A stretch of 64,000 nucleotides of DNA from Gammaproteobacteria bacterium (GTDB lineage Bacteria > Pseudomonadota > Gammaproteobacteria > UBA4575). The notes under the pieces are model-generated. The model was given only the letters and a program-made list of their open reading frames with translations. It was not told the DNA's origin and made no database searches. Positions within the stretch are counted from its first letter, which is position 1, and every line of letters begins with the position of its first letter. The position numbers and the translations under genes are program-made. The stretch covers positions 320,001 to 384,000 of the forward strand of contig CBDCTA010000022.1 in assembly GCA_965221955.1 (NCBI GenBank), read 5' to 3'. Below are positions 1 through 10,619 of this stretch, one piece after another.

Positions 1-48
1 GCGAAGTATACTCGGACATGTGATTAACCATATGATCAAGTTTTATTA

Positions 49-78
49 AATGACCGCTATTGGCCGAAAACGGACATT
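49..78. repeat. 30-bp imperfect palindrome, site A (putative recombination site)
   Basis: AATGACCGCTA-TTGGCCGA-AAACGGACATT; 28/30 identical to the reverse complement of 16984-17013. Confidence 0.85.
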
Positions 79-115
79 CAAATATGTTAATAAAAAATTG
101 AAAAAGAGTAATCAG

Positions 116-724
116 ATGGCTAGATCAATTCAAAGGTTTTTCATATTAACTGCATCAATACTTACTGTTTATTTTCTTTATTTACCTATAATTCAAGTTG
201 TACAAGCAGATGTTGGTGCAGAGCTTCGTAAAAAAGGGGAACAGTGTAGGAGTTGGGTCGAGGCAGGAGACCTCATGCGTCATCAAGCCAGTAGATGTTT
301 AGCTGCGTGCGAAAGATATGGCCATGCAGTACAAAAGCATCCAGATATGTTATCAGATGCAGGTGTTCAGGGCTGTAAAGATATTTTTTTAAGAACGAAG
401 AACAAAGTTCTTGGAACGAAATCTAAAACATCCTCTTCAGAAATAACAAAGTCCACACTATCTTCAATGCCCGATGTTGAAGGAATCTATATGCAAGCTA
501 TGCAAGGAAAACTTCGAGTACAAGTAGAAGGACGTGACGACTGGGATACAATTTGCAATGGATTTATAAGAATCAAAGACCGAAAAGGTGAATATGCTCG
601 CAAACTAAAAGGTCGTGATCGTGTGCGTCTTATCGGCATTACCTACAATCCTGACGAGCCCAGTGGGCGGCCGCGTGGCATATGTTCAGCGGAACGCATT
701 GAAATACTTGGACAGAGTCAGTAG
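116..724 (+). CDS. orphan secreted/membrane-anchored Cys-containing protein bracketed by sites A and B
   Basis: ORF 50..724, but the ATG at 50 lies inside site A, so ATG 116 (MARSIQRFFILTASILTVYFL...VQA, signal-like) is preferred; no family recognised. Confidence 0.65.
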   Translation: MARSIQRFFILTASILTVYFLYLPIIQVVQADVGAELRKKGEQCRSWVEAGDLMRHQASRCLAACERYGHAVQKHPDMLSDAGVQGCKDIFLRTKNKVLGTKSKTSSSEITKSTLSSMPDVEGIYMQAMQGKLRVQVEGRDDWDTICNGFIRIKDRKGEYARKLKGRDRVRLIGITYNPDEPSGRPRGICSAERIEILGQSQ

Positions 725-742
725 TTATTCATGACAGATTTC

Positions 743-772
743 AATGTCTGCTTTTGGCCGAAAGCGGATACT
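743..772. repeat. 30-bp imperfect palindrome, site B
   Basis: AATGTCTGCTT-TTGGCCGA-AAGCGGATACT; same 8-bp core and orientation as site A; overlaps the stop codon of the DUF4197 gene. Confidence 0.8.
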
Positions 773-1502
773 ATTTGCTAAATACCTTTTTCAATAAATC
801 TGTAGTTCTTGCAACAGGGTCAGTGCGGATTTTAGCTTCTTCTATAGCCAAGTAATGAAAAATCCCATCCATTCCTTTTTCCACCACGTAACTGCTCAAG
901 TCTGATTTTACATCGGGCACTAATGGAAATTTTTTGTATTGCCCAATTGCGTTGTCATAACTTTTAATCGCACCAGCTTCCGCTAAGCTGTCATTCACTA
1001 TTGGGGTAAATTCTTTTACTAAGTCAGGCGTCATTTTAGATTGAAAGTAACGTGTTGCGGCATCATTTTCTCCAGCTAGAATGTTGCGTGCATCGTCTAA
1101 TGTCATCGCTTGAATAGCATTAATAAATAATTCTTTGGCTTTCGGTGTAGCGATTTCAGCCGCTCTGTTCAGTCTGGTTTCTAAATCATCCAGCATGCCG
1201 CTCATGCCCACTTTATCTAGAGTAGATTGCACTTTTTGCAAGCTGTTTGGTAAAGGGATATGGATATTGGGGTCCGCATTGAATCCGTCTGTAGCCCCTA
1301 GCTGATTGATGACTAGATCTGAACCAACTTGTAGGGCCTCTTTTAAACCAGAGGCGATTTCACCATCTGTAAGAGAACTTGCAGTGGAGGAAGTAATTCC
1401 AGAATCTTCTAAAAATTCTTTGGCTTTATCAAACCAACCTGCATGTAATGAACTTGCAAGTAAGAATATAAAAAACGTAATAGTTATAAACTTTAATTTC
1501 AT
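771..1502 (-). CDS. DUF4197 family secreted protein
   Basis: Signal peptide; GLKEAL, LNRAAE, AAT.YF and IRTDPVARTTDLLKKVF motifs. Confidence 0.85.
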   Translation of the reverse strand: MKLKFITITFFIFLLASSLHAGWFDKAKEFLEDSGITSSTASSLTDGEIASGLKEALQVGSDLVINQLGATDGFNADPNIHIPLPNSLQKVQSTLDKVGMSGMLDDLETRLNRAAEIATPKAKELFINAIQAMTLDDARNILAGENDAATRYFQSKMTPDLVKEFTPIVNDSLAEAGAIKSYDNAIGQYKKFPLVPDVKSDLSSYVVEKGMDGIFHYLAIEEAKIRTDPVARTTDLLKKVFSK

Positions 1503-1523
1503 GTATTCCTCCCAAATAAATGC

Positions 1524-2912
1524 TTATTTTTTATTTTGATTCTCTGTCGCTAGATTCGTTCCAAATAGAAGACCGCTTTTACGCCATAAATAAATCGCTA
1601 ACAAAATTGCAGGCACACCTAGCAAACCAGCATAAATGAAAAAGTGGATATAACCATATCCGTCGACAATTTTGCCTGAAAAGCCGCCAATGAATTTGGC
1701 TGGAAGTAGCATTAATGAACTAAACAAAGCATATTGAGTAGCAGTGTACGCACGATTCGTAAGACTGGATAAATACGCGATGAAAGCAGAGCCTGCGATA
1801 CCTCCACTTAAATTGTCCGCAGTAATCACCAAAGCAAGTAAAACAATTTCAGGTCCTTGAGTGGCTAACCAGGCAAATATTAAATTAGTTATAACAACCA
1901 GAATAGCGGAGACAATCAGCATACGCATTACGCCATAACGCATGACGAATACGCCACCTAGTAGTGCGCCAATGATAGTTACAATTACGCCAAACGTTTT
2001 AGACACTAACCCAATTTGTGTTTCAGTGTAGCCCATGTCTGCATAAAAAGGGCCTGACATCACGCCCATTGTGATATCACTAATTCGAAACAATCCGATA
2101 AACAATAAAATTAAAATCGCAGCAGCACCATTACGTGAGAAGAAATCAACAAACGGGCAGATAACCGCGCCGATTATCCATGCAATGAATTTACGAATGC
2201 CGTTAGGTAAATGAGAAGAGCCTTCTAAAAACTGTATAACACGTTTTTCTTGTTGCCAGGTTTGTTGAGAAACGTGTCTGGTAGGTTCTGCAATCAGTAA
2301 AGTGGTAACCATACCAATTAACATTGCACAACCCATTACGAAATAAGCGGTACTCCATGAATAACTACCGGCAATTAAAAATGCACCGCCCCCAGCTAAA
2401 ATTAAACCGAGTCGATAACCAAGCTGATAAGTACCTGCCATTGCGCCTTGTAGATCCACATCGACAGCTTCAATACGCCATGCATCAATACTGATGTCTT
2501 GTGTGGCAGAGGAAAATGCGACGAGTAATGCTGCCAAAACTAATATCGGAAGTTGTGAACTGGGGCTATTGCTCGCCATCATCCATAGCCCCACTAACAC
2601 ACCAATTTGTGCCAGCAACATCCAACTGCGTCGTTGTCCTAGCCAGTTTGTTAATAAAGGAAGCTGTAGGCGATCAACTAAAGGTGCCCAAATAAATTTA
2701 AAGCCATAAAGAATAGCAACCCAAGAAATGTAGCCAATTGTAGTTCGATCAATGCCTTCTTTTCGCAACCAAAAAGATAAGGTGCCAAATACTAAGGATA
2801 ATGGAAGGCCGGCGGAGAAACCAAGAAACAACATGGCAAACACACGCGGATGCAAATAAACACGAAAAGATTGCAACCAAGAGTGGTTTTCAGATGTTTC
2901 TAGTTCATTCAC
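1524..2912 (-). CDS. ampG: AmpG family muropeptide MFS permease
   Basis: LGFSAGLP, KFIWAPLVD, GQRRSW, SATQDISIDAWRIE and ATQYALFSSL motifs; GTG start overlaps the xth stop. Confidence 0.92.
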   Translation of the reverse strand: MNELETSENHSWLQSFRVYLHPRVFAMLFLGFSAGLPLSLVFGTLSFWLRKEGIDRTTIGYISWVAILYGFKFIWAPLVDRLQLPLLTNWLGQRRSWMLLAQIGVLVGLWMMASNSPSSQLPILVLAALLVAFSSATQDISIDAWRIEAVDVDLQGAMAGTYQLGYRLGLILAGGGAFLIAGSYSWSTAYFVMGCAMLIGMVTTLLIAEPTRHVSQQTWQQEKRVIQFLEGSSHLPNGIRKFIAWIIGAVICPFVDFFSRNGAAAILILLFIGLFRISDITMGVMSGPFYADMGYTETQIGLVSKTFGVIVTIIGALLGGVFVMRYGVMRMLIVSAILVVITNLIFAWLATQGPEIVLLALVITADNLSGGIAGSAFIAYLSSLTNRAYTATQYALFSSLMLLPAKFIGGFSGKIVDGYGYIHFFIYAGLLGVPAILLAIYLWRKSGLLFGTNLATENQNKK

Positions 2913-3685
2913 ATTGATAATGTATAGTCGATGCTTAAAGGCGCATGATCAGAAAAACGCTGGGTTTTATAAATACTAACTTTTTTAGCAGCATTTTTAA
3001 GTTTTGGTGATGCAATATGGTAGTCGATACGCCAACCTACGTTTTTTGCCCAGGCTTGCCCACGATTCGACCACCAGGTGTATTGATCTTCTTTTTGATT
3101 AATTTCTCGAAATACATCAATATAACCAACTTCATCAAACAAAGCATCTAACCAAGCACGTTCTTCAGGTAAGAAACCGGAGTTTTTCTGGTTGCCACGC
3201 CAGTTTTTTAAATCGATTTCTTTATGTGCAATGTTCCAGTCTCCACAAATTATATAATCTTTACGACGACGCTTTAGGTTTTTTAAATGCTGCATAAATG
3301 AATCCATAAAACGAAACTTAGCTTGTTGACGCTCCTCGCTAGAAGAACCTGAAGGTGCATATAGAGACACAACGGCTAATTTGGCGAACTGTAGTTCCAA
3401 GTAGCGACCTTCATTATCAAATTCATCATCACCGTATTTGCGGATAATTTTTTTAGGTTCGTGCTTGCTATAAACCGCAACACCGCTATAGCCTTTTTTT
3501 TCAGCGTCCACATAATAACAGTGATAACCCTTGGGGAAATATATAGGATCTTCTTCGAGTTGGTGTATTTGTGCTTTAGTTTCTTGCACACACACCACAT
3601 CTGCCTTTTGTTTTTTTAACCAGTCGAAAAAGCCTTTACGTGCAGCAGCACGGATACCATTAACGTTGATGGTAATAATGCGCAT
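2909..3685 (-). CDS. xth: exodeoxyribonuclease III (ExoIII/AP endonuclease; Crc-related subfamily)
   Basis: NVNGIRA, VQETK, GDWNIAH, GWRIDY and SDHAP motifs; start trimmed to ATG 3685. Confidence 0.92.
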   Translation of the reverse strand: MRIITINVNGIRAAARKGFFDWLKKQKADVVCVQETKAQIHQLEEDPIYFPKGYHCYYVDAEKKGYSGVAVYSKHEPKKIIRKYGDDEFDNEGRYLELQFAKLAVVSLYAPSGSSSEERQQAKFRFMDSFMQHLKNLKRRRKDYIICGDWNIAHKEIDLKNWRGNQKNSGFLPEERAWLDALFDEVGYIDVFREINQKEDQYTWWSNRGQAWAKNVGWRIDYHIASPKLKNAAKKVSIYKTQRFSDHAPLSIDYTLSM

Positions 3686-3772
3686 AGTCAAAACAGATTA
3701 GTCCAAATGAAGATAGTTTTTAGTACACTAGCAAAGATCAATCGAGAAAAATATCCAGCTAGAAAGTTCAGT

Positions 3773-4432
3773 ATGAAAAATAGTTCTAAGTTTATTCAGT
3801 TTGCAGTTGAGCATGGTGTATTACAGTTTGGCGAGTTTACACTTAAATCAGGACGGGTAAGCCCTTATTTTTTTAATGCTGGGTTATTTAATGATGGTCA
3901 AGCATTGGATCACTTGAGCCGGTTTTATGCGCAAGCCATTGTAGATGCGAAGTTAGATTTTGATATGTTGTTCGGGCCTGCCTATAAAGGCATTCCACTT
4001 GTAACGGCGGTAGCGATGACCTTATCGCGCGATCATGGAAAAAATTATCCCTATGCGTTTAATCGCAAAGAAGTAAAAAAACACGGCGATGGCGGCCAAA
4101 TTGTGGGCGCACCTCTCGCAGGAAAAATACTCATCATTGACGATGTCATCACAGCCGGTACTGCTATCAACGAAGCAGCAGAAATCATTGCTCAAGTAGA
4201 TGTCACTGCTGAGATTCAAGGTGTCGTGATTGCCTTTGACCGACAAGAAATGGGCAAGAATCTATCTTTATCAGCTGTGCAACAAGTTGAGCAGGATTTG
4301 GGTATTTCTGTATTCTCTGTCGCAAGTGCTGGAGAATTAATCGAATATGCTGAGACGAATAATGTGTATGGCGAGCACCTCGTCTCATTGAAAAGCTACC
4401 TAAACAAATACCAAGCTAAAACCATACAATAA
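3773..4432 (+). CDS. pyrE: orotate phosphoribosyltransferase
   Basis: FGEFTLKSGRVSPYFFNAG, GPAYKGIP and IIDDVITAGTA; start trimmed to ATG 3773. Confidence 0.95.
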   Translation: MKNSSKFIQFAVEHGVLQFGEFTLKSGRVSPYFFNAGLFNDGQALDHLSRFYAQAIVDAKLDFDMLFGPAYKGIPLVTAVAMTLSRDHGKNYPYAFNRKEVKKHGDGGQIVGAPLAGKILIIDDVITAGTAINEAAEIIAQVDVTAEIQGVVIAFDRQEMGKNLSLSAVQQVEQDLGISVFSVASAGELIEYAETNNVYGEHLVSLKSYLNKYQAKTIQ

Positions 4433-4612
4433 TCATGGTTATTGGTTTGGGATAATCCCCTTATTTGTCGTCATGTCTATATGACGAGTGAGCAAAGTTT
4501 GGCGATTAAATTATCGTTTAAGCCTCAAAGTAATTACCAATTGATAGTAAAATTTCTTGTAAGTATAAAGTACTGACTTACATACAAGTCAGCAAAACAG
4601 CTATACAAAAAT

Positions 4613-5239
4613 ATGTTGCAATCGAAAATACTCATCGGTTTATTATCCATCCTTAGTTTGGCTGGCATAGCGAATGCCGAGTTTTACCGTTGGGTCGATG
4701 ATACCGGTACGATCCACTATAGCGATAAGCTCCCTCCCACTGAATCACAACGAGAACAAGATTTATTGAATGACCATGGCCGAGTAGTGAAGAATATCCC
4801 TGCACCAAAAACCATGGGCGAGATCGAAGAAGAAAAGCGTCTTGCAAAATTAGCTGAGGAAAAACGTAAAAAAGTCGAAGAAGCTGAGCGTCGTGATCGA
4901 GTCTTAATGGCAATGTATTTGACGGTTGAGGATATAGAGCTTGTGCGTGATGAGAGAATCGAAACGGTAGATTCAGCAATTCGAATTACCCAATTACGTA
5001 AAGATAAATTTACTAAAAAACTTAATGAGTTAGATGAGTCTGAGCAAAGATTATTAGCAAACGGGAATGACACCCCTCCATGGTTAATTAAAAGCCGTAA
5101 ACATTATCAAGAACAACTTGCAAATGTTGAAGACATTCTTGCTATAAAAGAACGAGAAAAGTTAAAGATTAAGAAACGCTTTGCGGGCGATATTAATCGC
5201 TATTTGGAATTAAAAGACCCTGAATTAGCGGCTGATTAG
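4613..5239 (+). CDS. DUF4124 domain secreted coiled-coil protein
   Basis: Signal peptide then [17 protein letters not shown]; usual neighbour of pyrE. Confidence 0.85.
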   Translation: MLQSKILIGLLSILSLAGIANAEFYRWVDDTGTIHYSDKLPPTESQREQDLLNDHGRVVKNIPAPKTMGEIEEEKRLAKLAEEKRKKVEEAERRDRVLMAMYLTVEDIELVRDERIETVDSAIRITQLRKDKFTKKLNELDESEQRLLANGNDTPPWLIKSRKHYQEQLANVEDILAIKEREKLKIKKRFAGDINRYLELKDPELAAD

Positions 5240-6085
5240 AGTGCCTACACCTTGGTCGGTGAGCAATTCCAATAAAACAGCATGCTGTACACGCCCATCA
5301 ATAATGTGGGCAGCATTCACTCCCGATGAAATCGCATCCCACGCACACCTTACTTTTGGCAGCATCCCACCTTTAATCACTTCATTTGCGATCAAAGTTT
5401 CAATTTCCTGATATTTAAGCCCAGTTAAAAGCTCACCATCATTTTGCACACCAGGTGTGTTAGTAAGCAATATTAATTTTTCTGCTTGCAAGGCCATTGC
5501 TATATGTCCAGCGACAAGATCAGCGTTGATATTTAATGATTCATTATTTTCACCTGCACCGATGGGCGCAATCACGGGAATTAATTGCTCTTTGTTTAAG
5601 TGTGTAAATATATCTGTGGCGACTTTGCGGATTTCGCCCACATGACCTAGATCCGCCGAACTATTTTCAAGCTGCATGCGTTTGGCAGAAATCAAATTAT
5701 TATCTTTTCCTGAAATGCCCTTTGCGGTACCACCATGTTGGTGAATTAGATCTACGATCTCTTTATTTACTACATTACATAGTACCTCTTCAACGATGCG
5801 CATTGCCTCGTCATCTGTAACACGCATGCCTTGGATAAATTCAGATTTTTTACCTTGTTTTTCTAAGGCTTGACCAATTTGTGGGCCACCACCATGCACG
5901 ACGATAGGATTAATGCCGACTTGCTTGAGTAACACCATGTCACGCGCAAAACTGCTTTTTAAATCCTCATCTACCATTGCGTTACCGCCATATTTAATGA
6001 CGATGGCTTTACCAGAAAATTTTTGAATATAAGGCAAAGCCTCAGTTAACACTCTGGCAATAGTTTCTGCATTGCTTGATTTCAT
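5225..6085 (-). CDS. argB: acetylglutamate kinase
   Basis: [23 protein letters not shown] and GGMLPKV motifs. Confidence 0.95.
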   Translation of the reverse strand: MKSSNAETIARVLTEALPYIQKFSGKAIVIKYGGNAMVDEDLKSSFARDMVLLKQVGINPIVVHGGGPQIGQALEKQGKKSEFIQGMRVTDDEAMRIVEEVLCNVVNKEIVDLIHQHGGTAKGISGKDNNLISAKRMQLENSSADLGHVGEIRKVATDIFTHLNKEQLIPVIAPIGAGENNESLNINADLVAGHIAMALQAEKLILLTNTPGVQNDGELLTGLKYQEIETLIANEVIKGGMLPKVRCAWDAISSGVNAAHIIDGRVQHAVLLELLTDQGVGTLISR

Positions 6086-6125
6086 GTTTTGGGTTTTATA
6101 TTTAGAAAGTTAAACTGAAGACGAA

Positions 6126-7496
6126 TTAAAATGGAAGCTGAATGCTAGCATCAGTCTTCGCCATTTGCTGGCGAAAATCATTTTTAATTTCTTCAATTAT
6201 ATTTTCATCATCTGCTTCAAAGCGAATAACCAAAGACGGAGTGGTGTTAGATGCGCGCACTAAACCCCAACCATTATCATAATCTGCACGAATGCCATCA
6301 ATCTTCGTAATCTGAGCGTTAGGAAAGTTTGCAGTCCTTGCAAACTTCTCGATAAAAGAATGTTGTGCACCGTCTTCATCAAAATGCACATTGATTTCAG
6401 GGGTGCTGAGAGAATTTGGCAAGATTGCAAACAGCTCGCTACTCGATAATTCTTGTTTAGTAATGATTTCTAGTAAGCGAGCGGCACTGTAGAGTGCATC
6501 GTCAAACCCATACCATCTTTCTTTGAAAAAGATGTGCCCACTCATTTCTCCGGCTAATTCAGCACCTGTTTCTAGCATTTTGTTTTTGATAAAAGAGTGT
6601 CCGGTTTTCCACATAATCGCTTCACCACCAGCTTCATCAATCACTTTGGCTAAATTTCTGGAAGATTTCACATCAAAGATAATTTTTGCGCCAGGCTTTC
6701 TGGATAAAACATCTTGTGCATACAACATCATTTGCCTATCTGCCCAAAGGATTTCGCCTTTGTTATCAATGACTCCCACACGATCACCGTCGCCGTCAAA
6801 CGCTAAACCTAACTCTAGATTATTTTCCAGCACACAAGTGATTAAATCTTGCAGATTTTTAGGTTCACTAGGATTTGGATGGTGGTTTGGGAAATTACCA
6901 TCTACATCGCAATATAAAGGAAAAAGAGTACAGCCGAGTTTTTCAAATATCTTTACTGCAGTAGGCCCTGCAACACCGTTGCCACAGTCAATTGCGATAT
7001 TTAATGTACGCGATAGTTTTACATCATCACAAATTCTTGTGATGTATTGGTCTAAGAGACCTTGTTGTTGAATGCTACCCGTACCCGTTTTTAGTTGTTC
7101 ACTTATAATGCACTGGTAAATAGCTTGGATGTCTTCGCCATGTAAGGTTTTACCATCCATAACCATTTTCAGGCCGTTATATTCAGGTGGGTTGTGACTA
7201 CCCGTAACCATTACACCTGCACCAGTGTTGAGTTGATGTGTGGCGTAATACAATACTGGAGTGGGCACTTCTCCAATATCAATGACCTCGCAACCACTGG
7301 CTTTTAAGCCTTGACTCAAGCTTTCGACTAATGCTTGACTGGAGTTTCTGCCATCCCTACCGACTACGACAGTTTTGCTATTTGGATATAGGCTCCCTAG
7401 TGCTTGCCCAACTAAGCTCACTACTTCGGGTCTTAAAGCGGTTTCAACCACTCCGCGAATATCATAGGCACGGAAAATATGTGGGTCTATGTTCAT
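6126..7496 (-). CDS. algC: phosphomannomutase/phosphoglucomutase
   Basis: FRAYDIRG, TGSHNP (catalytic Ser), FDGDGDR and GEMSGH motifs. Confidence 0.93.
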   Translation of the reverse strand: MNIDPHIFRAYDIRGVVETALRPEVVSLVGQALGSLYPNSKTVVVGRDGRNSSQALVESLSQGLKASGCEVIDIGEVPTPVLYYATHQLNTGAGVMVTGSHNPPEYNGLKMVMDGKTLHGEDIQAIYQCIISEQLKTGTGSIQQQGLLDQYITRICDDVKLSRTLNIAIDCGNGVAGPTAVKIFEKLGCTLFPLYCDVDGNFPNHHPNPSEPKNLQDLITCVLENNLELGLAFDGDGDRVGVIDNKGEILWADRQMMLYAQDVLSRKPGAKIIFDVKSSRNLAKVIDEAGGEAIMWKTGHSFIKNKMLETGAELAGEMSGHIFFKERWYGFDDALYSAARLLEIITKQELSSSELFAILPNSLSTPEINVHFDEDGAQHSFIEKFARTANFPNAQITKIDGIRADYDNGWGLVRASNTTPSLVIRFEADDENIIEEIKNDFRQQMAKTDASIQLPF

Positions 7497-7543
7497 AGAG
7501 TTTTATGCAATTGAACTTGAAAGAGCCGTAAAGATAGCAAAAA

Positions 7544-8017
7544 CTATCCAGTACCTGTGTGACCAAAGCCACCTTCGCCTCGATCCGATGCAGTAAATTC
7601 TTCTACAATTTCAAATTCAGTTTGCACAATGGGCACTATCACTAGTTGCGCAATGCGATCACCGACATTGATTTCAAAACTTTCAGTGCCACGATTCCAA
7701 AGCGAAACCATTAACGGACCTTGATAATCTGAATCGATTAAACCTACAAGATTACCAAGCACGATACCGTGCTTATGTCCTAAACCAGAACGTGGCAAGA
7801 TTGTTGCAGCAAGATTTGGATCTTGAATGTAAATTGAAATACCCGTTGGTATGAGAATGGTTTCTCCAGGTTTAATCTGTAAAGTGTTTTCCACGCAAGC
7901 ACGCAAATCCATACCGGCTGAACCGGCGGTTGCATAAGTGGGTAGTGGTATTTCTTTGCCGATTCGGCTATCGAGTATTTTGACTTCGGTCTTTTGTATT
8001 TTTAAGGACTGTGACAT
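7544..8017 (-). CDS. dut: dUTP diphosphatase
   Basis: [26 protein letters not shown] and [10 protein letters not shown]; start set at ATG 8017 (uncertain). Confidence 0.95.
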   Translation of the reverse strand: MSQSLKIQKTEVKILDSRIGKEIPLPTYATAGSAGMDLRACVENTLQIKPGETILIPTGISIYIQDPNLAATILPRSGLGHKHGIVLGNLVGLIDSDYQGPLMVSLWNRGTESFEINVGDRIAQLVIVPIVQTEFEIVEEFTASDRGEGGFGHTGTG

Positions 8018-9227
8018 TGCTTCTCTTATGTGTGTTTGCGTAACGTTCAGCAATCAGGCTGACTAGCCTGCGTGCAATTTTTGTTTTTGTATCACGCTCA
8101 AGTGAGCAATGTCCACCTGGCCAGTACACTTCTAAAGCATTTTCTTTACTATCGAAACCAATGTTGTGATCAGAAACATCATTGCCAGCAATCATATCAA
8201 GGCGTTTGCGTTGTAATTTTTGTACCGCGTATTTTTCTAGCTCACGCGTTTCAGCAGCAAAACCCACTACAAACGGTTTATTCTTTGATTTAGCGACTTC
8301 AGCAATAATGTCAGGATTACGTACCAGCTCAACAGATAAATCATCATGTAGCTTTTTTATTTTTTCTGGTTGTTTTGTCACCGGCCGGTAATCTGCAACG
8401 GCAGCACAGCTAATAAAAATTTGTTGTGCTTCAACATTGTCTTGCACGGCATTAAACATGTCTTGCGCAGTCGCAACAGAAATACATTCGATTCCTTCAG
8501 GCTGTGCTAAGGCCACTGGGCCAGAAATCAATTGCACAAGTGCTCCTGCATCATGTGCAGCTTCAGCGATAGCATAACCCATCCGCCCTGAACTGCGATT
8601 ACTGATAAAACGTACGGGATCAATTGGTTCTTGAGTGGGTCCTGCAGTAACCATGACATTGAGACCCGTGAGCTCGCCGGTATTAAATAAATTACTTAAA
8701 GAAAGCAGTAACTGATGAGGTTCAAACATTCGTCCTTCACCTACATCTCCACAAGCTTGTGAACCTGCAGCCGGTCCAAAAAATAATATTCCACGTTTTT
8801 CTAAGATTTCAACATTGTCTTGTGTGGCATGGTTTGACCACATGACTTGATTCATTGCAGGAGCTAAAGTAATAGGTGCCTGCGTTGCAAGACATATTGT
8901 ACTGAGTAAATCGTCTGCATCACCGTGAGTGAGTTTGGCAATGGTGTTGGCACTTGCGGGTGCAATTAGTATGACATCCGCCCAACGCGCTAGTGCGATA
9001 TGATCCATACCATTAGCTGCCTCTGTCTGCTCGAATTCATCTGATAAAACAGCATTTCCAGATAAAGCTTGAAAGGTGAGAGGTGTGACAAACTCTTTGG
9101 CAGAGCGCGTCATCACAACACGCACATTGGCATGTGCACGCACCAGTTCACGCACGAGTTCTGCGCTTTTATAAGCTGCAATACCACCGCTTATACCTAG
9201 TAGAATATTTTTATTGCCTAAAGACAT
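7968..9227 (-). CDS. coaBC: phosphopantothenoylcysteine decarboxylase/ligase
   Basis: [23 protein letters not shown] and [21 protein letters not shown]. Confidence 0.95.
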   Translation of the reverse strand: MSLGNKNILLGISGGIAAYKSAELVRELVRAHANVRVVMTRSAKEFVTPLTFQALSGNAVLSDEFEQTEAANGMDHIALARWADVILIAPASANTIAKLTHGDADDLLSTICLATQAPITLAPAMNQVMWSNHATQDNVEILEKRGILFFGPAAGSQACGDVGEGRMFEPHQLLLSLSNLFNTGELTGLNVMVTAGPTQEPIDPVRFISNRSSGRMGYAIAEAAHDAGALVQLISGPVALAQPEGIECISVATAQDMFNAVQDNVEAQQIFISCAAVADYRPVTKQPEKIKKLHDDLSVELVRNPDIIAEVAKSKNKPFVVGFAAETRELEKYAVQKLQRKRLDMIAGNDVSDHNIGFDSKENALEVYWPGGHCSLERDTKTKIARRLVSLIAERYANTHKRSNVTVLKNTKDRSQNTR

Positions 9228-9368
9228 AGCAATTAGTCTACCAAAGATAGTCTTGAAGATGGTTTAATTCTAACCACATTTTACCAAGTGCTTACAGCCA
9301 TTGGTCAAGATCGGCTTATTAATATCAAAGGTTTATAAAAAACCGTTAGGAATAACAAAGGGTAAACT

Positions 9369-10040
9369 ATGGGGATTTCAGATTGGCCAGAGGGAGAAAG
9401 ACCTCGTGAACGGTTATTGCAACAAGGCGCTGATGTGCTTTCCGATGCAGAGCTGTTAGCCATTTTTTTGCGCACAGGTGTTAAAGGTAAGTCTGCGGTT
9501 GATTTAGCGCGTGATCTGCTAAACGAATTTGGCGATTTGCGGCATTTACTATGCGCAGATGAAAAAACCTTTTGCCTCGCAAAAGGTTTGGGGCAGGCTA
9601 AATATGTACAGCTACAAGCTAGTCTTGAAATGTCACGACGATTTTTGCGTGAGTCAATCGATAGGGAAGGACCTCTATCAAATCCTGATGATGCTAAAGA
9701 ATTTTTATTAATGAAAATGCGTGATTATGAAAAAGAAGTGTTTGCTTGTTTATTTTTAGATACTAAAAATTGTGTTATTGAGTTTGAAGAATTATTTGCT
9801 GGAAGTTTGCATAGTGCAGAAGTACATTCACGAGAAGTGGTTAAGCAAGCATTAAAACACAATGCAAACGCAATTATCCTTGCGCATAATCATCCTTCAG
9901 GTGACGCTAAACCTAGCCAAGCGGATATTGAAATCACGCATACCCTTAATGACGCCTTAGCACTTATGGAAATTAAGGTGTTAGATCATTTAATTATTGG
10001 CAATGATGTTACGTCACTTGCCGAATTAGGCTATTTTTAA
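9369..10040 (+). CDS. radC: RadC/YicR JAB-domain protein
   Basis: ERPRERL, LSDAELLAIFLRTG, AHNHPSG and VLDHLIIG; divergent from coaBC. Confidence 0.93.
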   Translation: MGISDWPEGERPRERLLQQGADVLSDAELLAIFLRTGVKGKSAVDLARDLLNEFGDLRHLLCADEKTFCLAKGLGQAKYVQLQASLEMSRRFLRESIDREGPLSNPDDAKEFLLMKMRDYEKEVFACLFLDTKNCVIEFEELFAGSLHSAEVHSREVVKQALKHNANAIILAHNHPSGDAKPSQADIEITHTLNDALALMEIKVLDHLIIGNDVTSLAELGYF

Positions 10041-10053
10041 AGAAGCTACAGAC

Positions 10054-10090
10054 AAAAAAGCCTGCACATTTAAAAATGTGCAGGCTTTAT
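10054..10090. terminator. bidirectional intrinsic terminator between radC and mscL
   Basis: AAAGCCTGCACATTT / AAATGTGCAGGCTTT stem with A/T tails between convergent genes. Confidence 0.8.
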
Positions 10091-10123
10091 AAACTGAAAA
10101 TTAATTCGGACTATTATTTTAGT

Positions 10124-10504
10124 TTATTTTTTTAAGCTGTCACGAATCTCACGTAGCAAAACAATATCTTCTGGTGGCGCCGCAGGCTTTTCTTCTTCTT
10201 TTTTCTTCATGCTATTCACCGCTTTGATAATCATGAAAATTACAAAAGAAATAATTAAGAAATTAATTAATGCTTGAATAAATGCGCCGTAACCAAATTT
10301 TGCTGCATCTTCACCTTCACCTAGTGGAACAGCAAGATGAGTGAAATCGATGCCGCCGGTAAACAGACCAATGATCGGCATAATGAGATCATCAACCATT
10401 GATCCCACTACTGCGGTTACGGCTGCGCCGATGATAATGCCGGTGGCCATATCCATCATGTTGCCTTTAGTAACGAATTCCTTAAATTCACTTACCATAC
10501 CCAT
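10124..10504 (-). CDS. mscL: large-conductance mechanosensitive channel
   Basis: [32 protein letters not shown] and LLREIRDSL; AGGAGG SD. Confidence 0.95.
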   Translation of the reverse strand: MGMVSEFKEFVTKGNMMDMATGIIIGAAVTAVVGSMVDDLIMPIIGLFTGGIDFTHLAVPLGEGEDAAKFGYGAFIQALINFLIISFVIFMIIKAVNSMKKKEEEKPAAPPEDIVLLREIRDSLKK

Positions 10505-10619
10505 GATTATCCTCCTGAGTTTATTATTGTTATATGAGTGCTAGGCACTGTAATCAGCAATACCAGTAAATGCAAGTTAAGGCTATTGAAGCCTATATTG
10601 TTGATTACACAGAACTTAA

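Noticed and set aside
50-115. N-terminal extension of the first ORF from ATG 50
   Set aside because: The ATG lies within site A; ATG 116 directly precedes a signal-like segment.
49-772. Integron attC or dif interpretation of the palindromes
   Set aside because: Too short for attC, no RYYYAAC...GTTRRRY ends, arms unlike XerC/XerD boxes, and no intI in the window.
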